Positions 34,617-44,211 are shown, numbered from the stretch's first letter. The stretch is 64,000 nt of DNA from an uncultured Verrucomicrobiae bacterium (GCA_963762565.1 CAVXLD010000001.1:198286-262285); one strand, 5' to 3'. The notes: a model not told the origin generated them from the sequence alone. Program-made: numbers and translations.

Positions 34617-36053
34617 ATGCCAGCCAGCCACGAATATGATGCGGTTGTAGTGGGCGCAGGACCGAACGGCTTGTCTGCAGCTATCCGTATCGCTCAGCAC
34701 GGCTTTTCCACCTTGGTCTTAGAACAGAGCACAATTATTGGGGGCGCTTGCCGCACGGAAGAACTCACTCTTCCGGGATTCCGGCACGACGTCGGGTCTG
34801 CGGTTCATCCTCTTGCCCTAGGTTCGCCTTTCTTTTCCTCTCTGCCACTCGAAGAGCACGGTCTGAGTTGGTTGCAACCGACAATTCCACTCGCACATCC
34901 GATCGATAAAAACCGAATCGCCGTTCTTTATCAGTCCCTCGAAAAGACTGCGCTTCTCTTCGGACGCGATGCCGACCACTATACCAGGCTGTTTAGACCA
35001 CTGGTCGCGAACTGGCGAAGCCTTCTGCACGAGTTTCTCCAACCAATAATCCATCGCCCGCAGCACCTGTTGCAGATGGCTCAATTTGGCTGCATGGCTC
35101 TCCTTTCAGTCGAGCAACTGGTCCGGAGACGCTTTTCGGAAGAAAAAACCAGAGCTTTATTGGCAGGCTTGGGAGCACATTCTTTTTTATCATTGAGTAG
35201 CCCAGGCTCAGCCTCCTTCGTTTTGGTTCTCGGATTGCTGGCTCACGCAGTCGGTTGGCCGATCCCCAAGGGTGGTGCCGGCTCGATCACTCAAGCTCTG
35301 TCGCAATATTTGTCATCGCTCGGAGGAAGGATCGAGACCGGTAGGCCGATAAAGAGCTTTCGGGAACTGCCGAAAGCCCGAGCGGTGCTCTATGACCTTA
35401 CTCCCCGGCAGCTCATCCAAATCGAGTCACTGCCGAGCGGTTATCAACGGAAACTCGAACGATTCAAGTATGGACCAGCGGTTTTTAAGATCGACTACGC
35501 TCTGGATGGAAACATCCCTTGGGTCCATGAGGCGTGCCATAGCGCCGGCACCGTTCATCTGGGAGGCACGTTCGAGGAAGTAGCCTTGGCGGAATCAAAA
35601 GTTGCTTCTAGAGGCTACACCGACCAGCCTTTCCTATTGCTCAGCCAACCGACCTTATTGGATCCAACCAGGGCGCCAGCCGGCAAGCACGTGCTTTGGG
35701 CTTACGCTCATGTTCCCTTTGGCTCAGACCGTGATCTCACCGAGATCATCGAACGACAAATCGACCGCTTTGCACCGGGATTTTCCAAGCACGTCATGGC
35801 GCGACACGTTAGTTCACCGGCACAGCTGCAGACCATGAACCCGAATTTGGTCGGTGGAACCATAACCGGCGGGGCTAACCATTTGTGGCAATTGATCGCT
35901 AGACCGACGCTTAGCGCCGTCCCCTATCGGACGCCAAAAAAAGGGGTGTATCTTTGCTCTTCATCAACACCGCCTGGTGGCGGCGTTCACGGGATGTGCG
36001 GATTCCACGCGGCCAATGCGGTTTTACGAGATTTTCATCGGAGTTCGAAGTAA
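34617..36053 (+). CDS. NAD(P)/FAD-dependent oxidoreductase, phytoene-desaturase (CrtI)-related
   Basis: YDAVVVGAGPNGLSAA dinucleotide-binding motif. About 480 aa, amine-oxidase-like. Confidence 0.8.
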   Translation: MPASHEYDAVVVGAGPNGLSAAIRIAQHGFSTLVLEQSTIIGGACRTEELTLPGFRHDVGSAVHPLALGSPFFSSLPLEEHGLSWLQPTIPLAHPIDKNRIAVLYQSLEKTALLFGRDADHYTRLFRPLVANWRSLLHEFLQPIIHRPQHLLQMAQFGCMALLSVEQLVRRRFSEEKTRALLAGLGAHSFLSLSSPGSASFVLVLGLLAHAVGWPIPKGGAGSITQALSQYLSSLGGRIETGRPIKSFRELPKARAVLYDLTPRQLIQIESLPSGYQRKLERFKYGPAVFKIDYALDGNIPWVHEACHSAGTVHLGGTFEEVALAESKVASRGYTDQPFLLLSQPTLLDPTRAPAGKHVLWAYAHVPFGSDRDLTEIIERQIDRFAPGFSKHVMARHVSSPAQLQTMNPNLVGGTITGGANHLWQLIARPTLSAVPYRTPKKGVYLCSSSTPPGGGVHGMCGFHAANAVLRDFHRSSK

Positions 36054-36055
36054 AT

Positions 36056-36182
36056 GTGGAGCGCTGCCTCGCTTGCGAGGCCGTGGTGAGCAGGGCAAGA
36101 TGCTGTGTCATACGCCATTTTTTCGATGCTAGGTGACGTCGCCCTGCTTACCAACGGCCTCGCAAGCGAGGCAGCGCTCCAC
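36056..36182. repeat. Family E element, copy E1 (127 nt)
   Basis: About 40-nt TIRs: gtggagcgctgcctcgcttgcgaggccgtggtgagcagggc / gccctgcttaccaacggcctcgcaagcgaggcagcgctccac. Each TIR holds the self-complementary CCTCGCTTGCGAGG. Confidence 0.9.
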
Positions 36183-36266
36183 ACGGCGTTCTGGCGCGTT
36201 TACTTGACGCAGAAACGTTCAGGCAGATACTTACGCCGCTAGTCTCCCTATTTATCCCCCAAAACC

Positions 36267-37532
36267 ATGAAACACGGAACTGTTTCTGTATTACTTCTGT
36301 CTGCCTGTCTCGCTTCGCCTGGCTTTAGCGATACAGTGATTAAAGTCCTGCACATCCAAAAGCTCCCCGCAGTTCGTGCCATCTGGCAAGAAGCAGCGGA
36401 CCAATATCAGAAGGCAAATCCCGGAGTTAAAGTGCAATTCGACTACCTTGAAAATGAAGCGTTCAAGGCAAAGTTACCCACTCTATTGCAATCTAAAGAC
36501 CGGCCCAGTGTCTTTCATAGCTGGGGCGGTGGAGTGATGGACGAACAAGTCGCCTCCGGCGTCTGCAAAGATATTACTCAAGCGGTCGGGAGCGGCGGAT
36601 TTAAAGACACATTTTATTCGGCCGGTGTCCAGAACTTCACCGTAAACGGAAAGATCTACGGCTTACCAAACGATATTGGACCAGTCGTCTTTTGGTACAA
36701 CAAAGACCTCTGCCAGAAAGCCGGCGTTGATCCGACCCAAATTCATTACTGGGATGATTTTATTGCGGCGGTCAAAAAAATCCAGGCGGCCGGAATTACG
36801 CCAATCGCTGCCGGTGGCAAAGACAAATGGCCACTACATTTCTATCCGGCGATTCTGTTAATGCGCATCCTGGGCAAGGAAGGATTGACCGATGTGGCCG
36901 CCGGCAAGGATGGCGGGTTTACTAATCCCGATGCCGTCAAGGCGTTCCAGCTTTATAAGGAACTCGCGGACTTGCAGCCGTTCCAGAAAGGTTTTCAAGC
37001 GGCGACTTATCCTGATTCGGCCGGTACGTTCCATGATGGGAAAACAGCGTTCCATTTGATGGGCATCTGGGACATCACCGAGGGCCGTTCCGATGCCGCG
37101 GACGGTAAAGGGTTACCGGATGAAAAACTCGGCTGGTTCAACTTCCCGGAAGTGAAGGGCGGAAAAGGTCACGCCAACGATATCTTTGCCAGCGTCGACG
37201 GCTGGCTGGTTACCAGCGATGCCCCCAAAGAGACTGTTGATTTTATGAAGGTCTGGCTCGGAAAAGATATTCAGACCAAGCTAGCGGCCGCTGGTCTGTT
37301 CATTCCGATGGTAAAAGGAACGGCCGAGGCCATCCAGAACCCTTTCTTCAAAGGGATCGCCACGGAGGTCGCCGAATCCGACTGGATCGAAATCGCGATG
37401 GACCAGTTGCTCGGACCTGACACCGGGTTGGTCTTCAATGATGAGAGCGCCGCGGTAGCCGCTGGAAGTGCTTCCCCAGCGGACGCTGCCAAAGCGATCG
37501 AAAGCGCTTTGGAACGGAATAAGCAGCAATAA
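36267..37532 (+). CDS. Sugar ABC transporter substrate-binding protein (family 1 SBP)
   Basis: Signal peptide. 421 aa with the family-1 solute-binding pattern. Followed by two sugar-type permeases. Confidence 0.8.
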   Translation: MKHGTVSVLLLSACLASPGFSDTVIKVLHIQKLPAVRAIWQEAADQYQKANPGVKVQFDYLENEAFKAKLPTLLQSKDRPSVFHSWGGGVMDEQVASGVCKDITQAVGSGGFKDTFYSAGVQNFTVNGKIYGLPNDIGPVVFWYNKDLCQKAGVDPTQIHYWDDFIAAVKKIQAAGITPIAAGGKDKWPLHFYPAILLMRILGKEGLTDVAAGKDGGFTNPDAVKAFQLYKELADLQPFQKGFQAATYPDSAGTFHDGKTAFHLMGIWDITEGRSDAADGKGLPDEKLGWFNFPEVKGGKGHANDIFASVDGWLVTSDAPKETVDFMKVWLGKDIQTKLAAAGLFIPMVKGTAEAIQNPFFKGIATEVAESDWIEIAMDQLLGPDTGLVFNDESAAVAAGSASPADAAKAIESALERNKQQ

Positions 37533-37534
37533 TC

Positions 37535-37681
37535 TGAGCTCTCGGTTCTAGGTTCAAAGTTTTAGGTTTTAAGTTCTAAGTTCAGAGTGCTCGAAGGCAG
37601 AAATGGGCCTCCGAGCCTCTGGCTTGCAACTCCCGAAGTAGGACCTAAACCCTACAACCGGTAACTTTAAACCCTGAACTC
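37535..37681. repeat. Array-bracketed element I (AAGTTYW/AGGTTYW arrays)
   Basis: Left ggttctaggttcaaagttttaggttttaagttctaagttcagag. Right gtaggacctaaaccctacaaccggtaactttaaaccctgaact. It fills the whole SBP-to-Gfo/Idh/MocA gap. Confidence 0.75.
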
Positions 37682-38767
37682 ATGCTGAATATCGGAGTCG
37701 TTGGATCCGGATTCATTAGTCGAGCTTACCTGAAAGCAGCTCGGGACTTTCCGAATGTGCGAATCATCGCATGCTCGGATGTCAACTTTGCTGCTGCAGA
37801 AGAAAAGGCTCGCGAATTCCAGATCCAAGCACAATCGGTCGGGGAACTGTTAGGAAACTCAGAAATCGATTTGGTTCTGAACCTGACGGTCCCTCAAAGT
37901 CATGGGGCTGTTTCCCTTCAGGCAATTGAGGCAGGGAAACATGTCTATTCGGAAAAACCCTTGGCTCTTTCGATAAAAGAAGCCACTCAACTGCTCTCCG
38001 CTGCCGGGGTTCGCGGCAAGCGGGTCGGTGTTGCGCCGGATACCTTTCTTGGTGGCGGCCAACAAACCGTCCGCGGATTGATTGACGGCGGCGCCATAGG
38101 AAAACCGATCGGCGGGGCTGCGTTCATCCTGCTCCCCGGCCACGAAATTTGGCATCCTAACCCGGACTTTTTCTATCAGGCGGGCGGCGGCCCGGTCCTC
38201 GATATGGGACCGTACTATTTGACCGCCCTAGTGCATTTGCTCGGCCCAATCAAACGAGTGACATCGATTGGCAGCCGAACATTTGATGAGCGAGAAATTC
38301 AATCTGGACCACGAAAAGGAGAACGGATCCCAGTCACGATTTTGACCCATTTTAACGCCCTTCTGGAATTCCAGGAAGGACCGGTGGTCAGCTTTCACGC
38401 GAGTTTCGATGTGAAAGAGCATACACATTGGCCAATCGAGATCTATGGCACCGAGGGCACGCTCCAAGTACCCGATCCCAATACTTTCGGCGGACCTGTC
38501 CGACTATTGAAGGTTCGAAAGTCCGTCACTGAAGTCCCGCTCACACACGGTTTCTCTGATCGCAATTATCGAATTCTTGGTGTAGCCGAGATGGGGAACG
38601 CCATTGAAAAGGGTAGGCCTCATCGAGCCTCTGCTGAGCTTGGGTATCACGTCCTCGAGGTCATGGAGGCAATCGTTCAAGACGGTGGAAAAGGAACGCA
38701 GATCGCTTCACATTGCGACAGGCCGGCGCCTTTGCCATCACAGCCACGTTTAGGAATATTGGAATGA
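37682..38767 (+). CDS. Gfo/Idh/MocA family oxidoreductase
   Basis: IGVVGSGFISRAY Rossmann N-terminus and EKPLA motif. Confidence 0.85.
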   Translation: MLNIGVVGSGFISRAYLKAARDFPNVRIIACSDVNFAAAEEKAREFQIQAQSVGELLGNSEIDLVLNLTVPQSHGAVSLQAIEAGKHVYSEKPLALSIKEATQLLSAAGVRGKRVGVAPDTFLGGGQQTVRGLIDGGAIGKPIGGAAFILLPGHEIWHPNPDFFYQAGGGPVLDMGPYYLTALVHLLGPIKRVTSIGSRTFDEREIQSGPRKGERIPVTILTHFNALLEFQEGPVVSFHASFDVKEHTHWPIEIYGTEGTLQVPDPNTFGGPVRLLKVRKSVTEVPLTHGFSDRNYRILGVAEMGNAIEKGRPHRASAELGYHVLEVMEAIVQDGGKGTQIASHCDRPAPLPSQPRLGILE

Positions 38768-38817
38768 CCATGGAAGACATCCCCCAACCTGCCTTTGGCC
38801 GACGCAATTCGGACCCG

Positions 38818-39022
38818 GAGGGGAGCCGCTTTATCGTTAGGCAGCTCTGTAATTCGGCAGCAAGCGGCTCCCGAGAACGGCCCCGGATGATGCAGGTCTA
38901 TTGGGCAGCCATATCGACCAGCTTGGAACAGAGCCGCTGGGCAAATATTTACGCTGGGTTATTCCCGGGAGCCGCCTGCTGCCAACTGATAGGACTGCCA
39001 CACTACAAAGCGGCTCCCCTCC
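38818..39022. repeat. Family B element, copy B3 (205 nt)
   Basis: Outer repeats 38818-38834 / 39006-39022. Inner repeats 38853-38877 / 38962-38985. The right flank ctgggcatgcgacgcc resembles the B2 flank. Confidence 0.9.
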
Positions 39023-39068
39023 AGGCGCTGGGCATGCGACGCCGTGTTCTTAGAAGCACGAAGCGCAC

Positions 39069-39710
39069 ATGAGATCAGCACTCATTCTCTGGGGCGGTTG
39101 GGACGGTCACGAGCCGGAGCGGTGCGCGGAAATCGTTCAAGGGATGCTGACCGATGACGGGTTTCAGGTGAGCAAGGAGGCCGACCTGCAAGTCTTGGTT
39201 GAGGCAAACCCAGGCAGGTTCAACTTGATCGTACCGATCATTTCGATGGGATCGATCACAGATGCTCAGTGTAAAGCTCTGACCTCAGCCGTGGAAGCAG
39301 GAACGGGCCTGGCTGGCTTTCACGGCGGTATGGGCGATAGCTTCCGTAACCATACCCACTATCAATTCATGACTGGCGGTCAGTTTGTTGCGCATCCCGG
39401 CAACATCATCAATTACCGGGTGAATATTGTGGATCATTCCGATCCAATCACAGCCGGCCTGGATGATTTCGATTACCGTTCAGAGCAATATTACATGCAT
39501 GTGGATCCGAATAATCACGTGCTCGCTACCACTACTTTTTCTGGCGAACACGCTTTCTGGGTTGCAGGGGCGACAATACCAGTGGTCTGGAAACGACAGC
39601 ACGGGCATGGAAAAGTGTTTTTCAGTTCATTAGGCCACGCAGCGTCTGAGTTTGCCGTGAAAGAGATGAGAACAATCTTGCAACGCGGGATGGTTTGGGC
39701 AGCCAGGTGA
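39069..39710 (+). CDS. ThuA domain-containing protein
   Basis: 213 aa. ALILWGGWDGHEP, GFHGGMGDSF and GQFVAHPG patterns are typical of the ThuA (trehalose-utilisation) family. Confidence 0.75.
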   Translation: MRSALILWGGWDGHEPERCAEIVQGMLTDDGFQVSKEADLQVLVEANPGRFNLIVPIISMGSITDAQCKALTSAVEAGTGLAGFHGGMGDSFRNHTHYQFMTGGQFVAHPGNIINYRVNIVDHSDPITAGLDDFDYRSEQYYMHVDPNNHVLATTTFSGEHAFWVAGATIPVVWKRQHGHGKVFFSSLGHAASEFAVKEMRTILQRGMVWAAR

Positions 39711-39774
39711 AGCCTATGGACTTGTCCATCGAAGGCGGTCGAACAGCTCCTAGGCACTCGCTGAACTCAACGCC

Positions 39775-39897
39775 GGGAGGGATTCGCGTCCTCGCGATCC
39801 GACGCGATCGAAGCCCTGCGCGGCTGGCGGACGAGGGGTTGAATGTATCTTTAGTTCTTGGAACGTCTTTACGGCGCGCGGGGACGCGCGCCCTCCC
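39775..39897. repeat. Family C element, copy C3 (inverted orientation)
   Basis: gggagggattcgcgtcctcgcgatcc ... cggcgcgcggggacgcgcgccctccc is the reverse complement of the C1/C2 layout. Confidence 0.85.
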
Positions 39898-39966
39898 GGG
39901 CGGCGGAGCCCTTCTCTCGCCGCGAGATGTATACGCAAGCGAGCGAGTGCGAGATCCCGGTTCACA

Positions 39967-40944
39967 TTGCTCAAAGATCCTATGCCGCCCAACCAAACGT
40001 TGATAGCGGAAGCTCCGGCGAAAAAAACGCCTGTCCCGAAAAGCTCTTTGCCTTCCGGGCTGCGCGCCGCCTATCGCAGCGGTATTCTGACGACGCTGCT
40101 TTTGTTTTTGCCTCCGGCGCTCGTGCTCTTCAGCATGTTCGTTATCCTGCCGGTCGGCGAAGCCAGCTATTTCAGCTTTTTTAACTGGAACGGGTACGGC
40201 CATCCCAATAAGTGGATCGATTTCGTAAATTATTTTCGCGTCCTGCGCGACCCGGTTTTTCTGCAGTCACTGGGAAATAATGGTCTGGTCATCCTAGTCT
40301 CAGCTTTTATTCAGGTGCCGCTGGCGCTCTGGGTAGCCCTTCTGATCTCCGATCGAAGCCGGTCCAGCATCGTGTTTCGGGCGATCTTTTTCGTTCCTTA
40401 CATACTGGCTGACGTCGTGGCCGGTCTGATTTGGCGTTATCTCTACGACGGTGATTATGGAATTGTCGGCACGATCTTTCGTTGGTTTGGGCGTGATGCC
40501 CCCGATGTCCTGGCAGAGACCGGGTGGGCGACAGCGGCGCTATTATTAGTCGTGGTCTGGAAATATTTCGGATTTCACATGGCGCTGTTCATTGCTGGAC
40601 GCCAAAACGTCCCCAACGACGTACTCGAGTCGGCGCGAATCGACGGCGCCAGCCGTTGGAACATTACCCGTTTCATAGTTCTTCCGCTGATGCGGCCAGT
40701 CATTGTTCTTTCTCTGTTTTTTAGCTTGCTCGGGTCTCTACAACTCTTTGACCTCATTATCGCGCTGACTGGTGGAGGTCCGCTCAATTCAACCCACTCG
40801 GCGGTCTCTTACCTCTACACGTTTGGAATCAGGCGGATGCAAGTCGGTTTTGGCAGTGCGGTCGGAGTTATCCTTTTTATTATCTGCGTTCTGGTCATGA
40901 TTTTCTATAAGCGCATCTTTATGCGGGAGTCTGCCTCCAAATGA
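39967..40944 (+). CDS. Carbohydrate ABC transporter permease
   Basis: 6-TM MalF-type permease with the EAA-like loop ESARIDGASRWNITRFIVLP. Start uncertain (39967 or 39982). Confidence 0.85.
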   Translation: MLKDPMPPNQTLIAEAPAKKTPVPKSSLPSGLRAAYRSGILTTLLLFLPPALVLFSMFVILPVGEASYFSFFNWNGYGHPNKWIDFVNYFRVLRDPVFLQSLGNNGLVILVSAFIQVPLALWVALLISDRSRSSIVFRAIFFVPYILADVVAGLIWRYLYDGDYGIVGTIFRWFGRDAPDVLAETGWATAALLLVVVWKYFGFHMALFIAGRQNVPNDVLESARIDGASRWNITRFIVLPLMRPVIVLSLFFSLLGSLQLFDLIIALTGGGPLNSTHSAVSYLYTFGIRRMQVGFGSAVGVILFIICVLVMIFYKRIFMRESASK

Positions 40945-41762
40945 AATCCCTCTTCAGTTACTATCGATGGTTGGTCTTGCTTCTGGTAGCGAGTTTTTGC
41001 CTGGTTCCATTGTGGGCAACCGTCGTGGGTGGGTTTAAGTCGACGGGTGACCTCCGTACGAATGCTCTCGGCTTGCCCCGGCAGTGGCTGGTAGACAATT
41101 ATATTTCCATCGTCTCGACTCCGCGGTTTTGGCAGATGCTTTGGAATTCGGCTGTGATCGCCTTTTTCACGGTCGTACTAACATTGATAGTCAGTTCACT
41201 AGCTGCATATACTCTAGCTCATTTGCGCTTCGCTGGGCGCAAATGGATCGCCAACTACCTGACCCTGGGACTGACTTTCCCGTTCGCCACTGCAGTCTTG
41301 CCAGTATTTATTCGGGTTCGCGATCTCGGCCTGCTCGACACCTACTGGGGCGTCATCCTCCCCCAAGTCGCCTTTAACTTAAGCTTTAGCATCGTGTTGC
41401 TGCGCGGTTTCTTCTCAGAGTTACCAAAGGAATTGTTTGAAGCTGCGATCATGGATGGTTGCAGTTATCCACGAATCTTTTTGCGCATTACCCTGCCGCT
41501 CTCTCGCCCGATCCTGGCCACTGTCGGCGTTCTGGCTCTGGTCGGAAGCTGGAACAACTTCCTTTTGCCATTGGTTACCATCAATGACGACTCCGTTTAT
41601 CCATGGCCTTTAGGAATCATGCAGTTTCAAGGTCAATACAGCACCGACTGGGGGAAGGTGCTGGCTTTCGTAACCCTCACCATGCTTCCCGCTATCACGC
41701 TGTATCTGATGGCCCAGAAACAGGTCATTGCCGGCCTTACTTCGGGAGCCGTTAAGGGTTAG
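40941..41762 (+). CDS. Carbohydrate ABC transporter permease
   Basis: MalG-type permease with the loop EAAIMDGCSYPRIFLRITLPLSRP. ATGA overlap with the upstream permease. Confidence 0.85.
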   Translation: MKSLFSYYRWLVLLLVASFCLVPLWATVVGGFKSTGDLRTNALGLPRQWLVDNYISIVSTPRFWQMLWNSAVIAFFTVVLTLIVSSLAAYTLAHLRFAGRKWIANYLTLGLTFPFATAVLPVFIRVRDLGLLDTYWGVILPQVAFNLSFSIVLLRGFFSELPKELFEAAIMDGCSYPRIFLRITLPLSRPILATVGVLALVGSWNNFLLPLVTINDDSVYPWPLGIMQFQGQYSTDWGKVLAFVTLTMLPAITLYLMAQKQVIAGLTSGAVKG

Positions 41763-41897
41763 CGTTTGGCGTTTGGCGTTCGGCGTTGGCAGTTGGTAGC
41801 GCTCGAGCTCAGTAAGCGGTTTTCTTCTACATAGCGCTCATTATTTTGGGACGACCACGGCCGCCTTTCACCTTTCACTTCTCACTGATCACTAACC
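41763..41897. repeat. Hybrid array element G2 (GGCGTTY array left, CCTTTCA/CTNATCA array right)
   Basis: cgtttggcgtttggcgttcggcgttggc starts 1 nt after the permease stop. Right side cctttcacctttcacttctcactgatcactaacc. The two arrays are not complementary. Confidence 0.7.
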
Positions 41898-42296
41898 TTG
41901 AGCATTGGACACAAACCATTCACACTCCTACCCATGGCCGAGCTCACAACCTATCTCTTCCCTGCTGTCCAAGGATTGTTTTGCCTGATCGTAGCCGTGG
42001 TATGGCTGATCGGGTTTATTCGTCAGCGAAACATCGGTTTTTTGCTATTGACCCTGGCGACGCTTGCCGAAGGTGTAACCAGTCCAATCCGGCAGGTGCT
42101 AATCAATTACGTGATCTTTCATGAGTCTCATCTCTCCGCTGCAGAACGGTCGACCGCCCTTGCAACGATTTCCTACACGATTCTTGGTTTTTACATCGTG
42201 TTTTGGCTGGTTACCGCCCTCGGCGCGACGTTGGTGGTGTTCCATCGATCAAAACATCAGATAGCTCCCGGACCAATTCCTCCCGTGTCTGGTTAG
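41898..42296 (+). CDS. Hypothetical membrane protein
   Basis: 132 aa with about four hydrophobic helices. TTG start, so the start is uncertain. Confidence 0.4.
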   Translation: MSIGHKPFTLLPMAELTTYLFPAVQGLFCLIVAVVWLIGFIRQRNIGFLLLTLATLAEGVTSPIRQVLINYVIFHESHLSAAERSTALATISYTILGFYIVFWLVTALGATLVVFHRSKHQIAPGPIPPVSG

Positions 42297-42317
42297 ATCG
42301 ATCGCACATAAATAGCG

Positions 42318-42349
42318 TTGGCGGTTTCGCACCGCTGCGAAACCGCCAA
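42318..42349. terminator. Hairpin between convergent genes (candidate bidirectional terminator)
   Basis: ttggcggtttcgca-ccgc-tgcgaaaccgccaa is a 14-bp perfect stem. It lies between the 41898-42296 (+) stop and the 42391-42897 (-) stop. The flanking U-tract is weak. Confidence 0.5.
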
Positions 42350-42390
42350 GTCGGCTACTCCTGAAAAACTGGAGTCAGGTTAAAGGGTTC

Positions 42391-42897
42391 TTATTTGCGC
42401 TCAACCTTGACCTTGCGGCCGGTTTGATGGTCGAGATAGATCTCCTTGTTTCCCTTTTTCTCGATCAGTTCATACCGGCTTGGGGCCTGTTGAACTTCCT
42501 GCGTGGTAACCACCGCATCGTCGCCAGTTGATTCTACCACCGTGCCTGGCCGCTCAGTGACCACCGTGTTAGGCCGCTCGGTGGTGGTTGTCGTGGTAGT
42601 CTCCCGCACGCCGCCCGCTGGGGCTTGCAGAATGGAGCCAGTCGGTGACACGTAAATCACTTGCTGACCCGAGTCACCCATGTACGTCACGGCATACTCT
42701 CCTCCGGTGTCCTGGACCACGCGTACTACTTTCGTCGGAGACGCAATTCTTGTTTCTCTAATCACCGACGATTGGACAACTTGGGGCAGGGTTGTGAATT
42801 GAAGCACCTCGTCAGCTTTCGCGATCCCAACGAGTGATACACCTACTCCGGCAACGGCGATAAGACGTGTTACGTTTGTCATTAATTGATCTTTCAT
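42391..42897 (-). CDS. Secreted protein, PepSY-like, paralogue of 43023-43940
   Basis: Signal peptide. QFTTLPQVVQSSVIRE...VVRVVQDTGGEYAVTYMGDSGQQVIYVSPTGSI aligns with the neighbouring gene. The C-terminal YELIEKKGNKEIYLDHQTGRKV motif is shared. Confidence 0.5.
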   Translation of the reverse strand: MKDQLMTNVTRLIAVAGVGVSLVGIAKADEVLQFTTLPQVVQSSVIRETRIASPTKVVRVVQDTGGEYAVTYMGDSGQQVIYVSPTGSILQAPAGGVRETTTTTTTERPNTVVTERPGTVVESTGDDAVVTTQEVQQAPSRYELIEKKGNKEIYLDHQTGRKVKVERK

Positions 42898-42910
42898 TTT
42901 TGCAGTTGGC

Positions 42911-42938
42911 GTCTCGCGCCAATCTGGTGACGCGAGAC
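42911..42938 (-). terminator. Short GC hairpin between the two tandem paralogues
   Basis: gtctcgcg-ccaatctggtga-cgcgagac is an 8-bp stem, downstream of the 43023-43940 stop. Confidence 0.3.
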
Positions 42939-43022
42939 TAGCCTTTACTCTTTCTATTTCGCAGACGGGACAGTTCTTGGATCTATCTCCAGGCCATCAC
43001 TGCTGCTGGTTTTTAGATTCGA

Positions 43023-43940
43023 CTAAGAACCCGGCGAGGGTTTCGCTTTGCTCTTGGATTTGTCCTGAGACTGGGATTTCTCCTGAGACTGTTGTTGTTC
43101 GCCAGGAGTCCGGCTTGTTTGATGCTGCTCCTTGTCGCCCTGGTTCTCCTTCATGTTGCGCTGATCCGCATTCTTTTCATCGGTCCGCGGATTTCCTGAG
43201 GTGTCACGAGTTTTCTGCTCTTGACCATTGCCAACGCGCTCTTGGTTCCCTTGATCCTTTTGTTCTCCCCGACTCACATTATGCTGAGTCTTCTGCTCCT
43301 CCCTCATATTCTTGTTGGCTTCCTTGGCATTGCCTTCGTCGGTTTTTTCGCGCATAGCGCCCGACTGCTGATCTTTGTCTTCAGTACGAACGCTACCCTT
43401 GTTCTCTTGGTCCGTTCGGACATTGGTTTTATCCGTCTCGTTCGTTCGGATATTCGTTTTGTTTTCTTCCGTAGTCCGACCGCCGCCCCGCGAAACTTCA
43501 CTAGCGCCACCTTTGACGATCACTCTCTTGTTGGTCTGATGATCGATATAGATCGCGTCTGGTCCCTGGTCTTGCACGAACTCGTAACGTTCACCCCCGC
43601 TCCGGATCTCATCCATTGTGATCGTCACTTCCGACGATCCCTGTCCGCCTTGTTCGATCACCGTGCTCGGCCGCTCGACGATGGTTCCATCCGCGTTGAC
43701 GTAGACGATCTGGTCTCCGCTATCCGTCAAAACCGTGATTTCGTAGATATTGTCCGGCTCTTCCACAACGCGGACAACCTTCTCCGGGCTTACGATATTG
43801 TAATGATGAAAAACAGTTGTCCGAACTACCTGTGGCAAGGTGGTGAATTGGATCTCTTTTTTAACCTCTTTTGCTTCCGTGGCCGCACACAGACAGAGAC
43901 CGAGTGCACAGGCCGCGATAATATACTTTGTTCTATTCAT
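43023..43940 (-). CDS. Secreted protein, PepSY-like N-terminal half plus ~150-aa charged disordered tail
   Basis: Signal peptide ACALGLCLCAATEA. QFTTLPQVVRTTVFHHYN...EITVLTDSGDQIVYVNADGTIV. The tail is rich in K/E/Q/N/R/T with short repeats (TNIRTNETDKTNVRTDQENKGSVRTEDKD). Confidence 0.5.
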   Translation of the reverse strand: MNRTKYIIAACALGLCLCAATEAKEVKKEIQFTTLPQVVRTTVFHHYNIVSPEKVVRVVEEPDNIYEITVLTDSGDQIVYVNADGTIVERPSTVIEQGGQGSSEVTITMDEIRSGGERYEFVQDQGPDAIYIDHQTNKRVIVKGGASEVSRGGGRTTEENKTNIRTNETDKTNVRTDQENKGSVRTEDKDQQSGAMREKTDEGNAKEANKNMREEQKTQHNVSRGEQKDQGNQERVGNGQEQKTRDTSGNPRTDEKNADQRNMKENQGDKEQHQTSRTPGEQQQSQEKSQSQDKSKSKAKPSPGS

Positions 43941-44211
43941 TGGCTTTCTCTTTGATTTACTTCTCTCCCGCCGTACCGGACTCCGAGCCGGGACAGTGAC
44001 TCCCCTGTAGTAGGTATCGCGGTCCCGTCGCCGGGCGGATCTGTAAGATTGCTTTTACGAGAAGCGAAAAGATTCGCTGATCGAGGTAGAACGCGATGCG
44101 GATGCTTGTTTACTCGCGTGGCAACGACTAGACCGCCGGGTCAACTCGCTGCAATTTACTGACAAGAGAATTAACTACAGGATGCTTCCCGACTACCTCG
44201 AGAATCAATGC

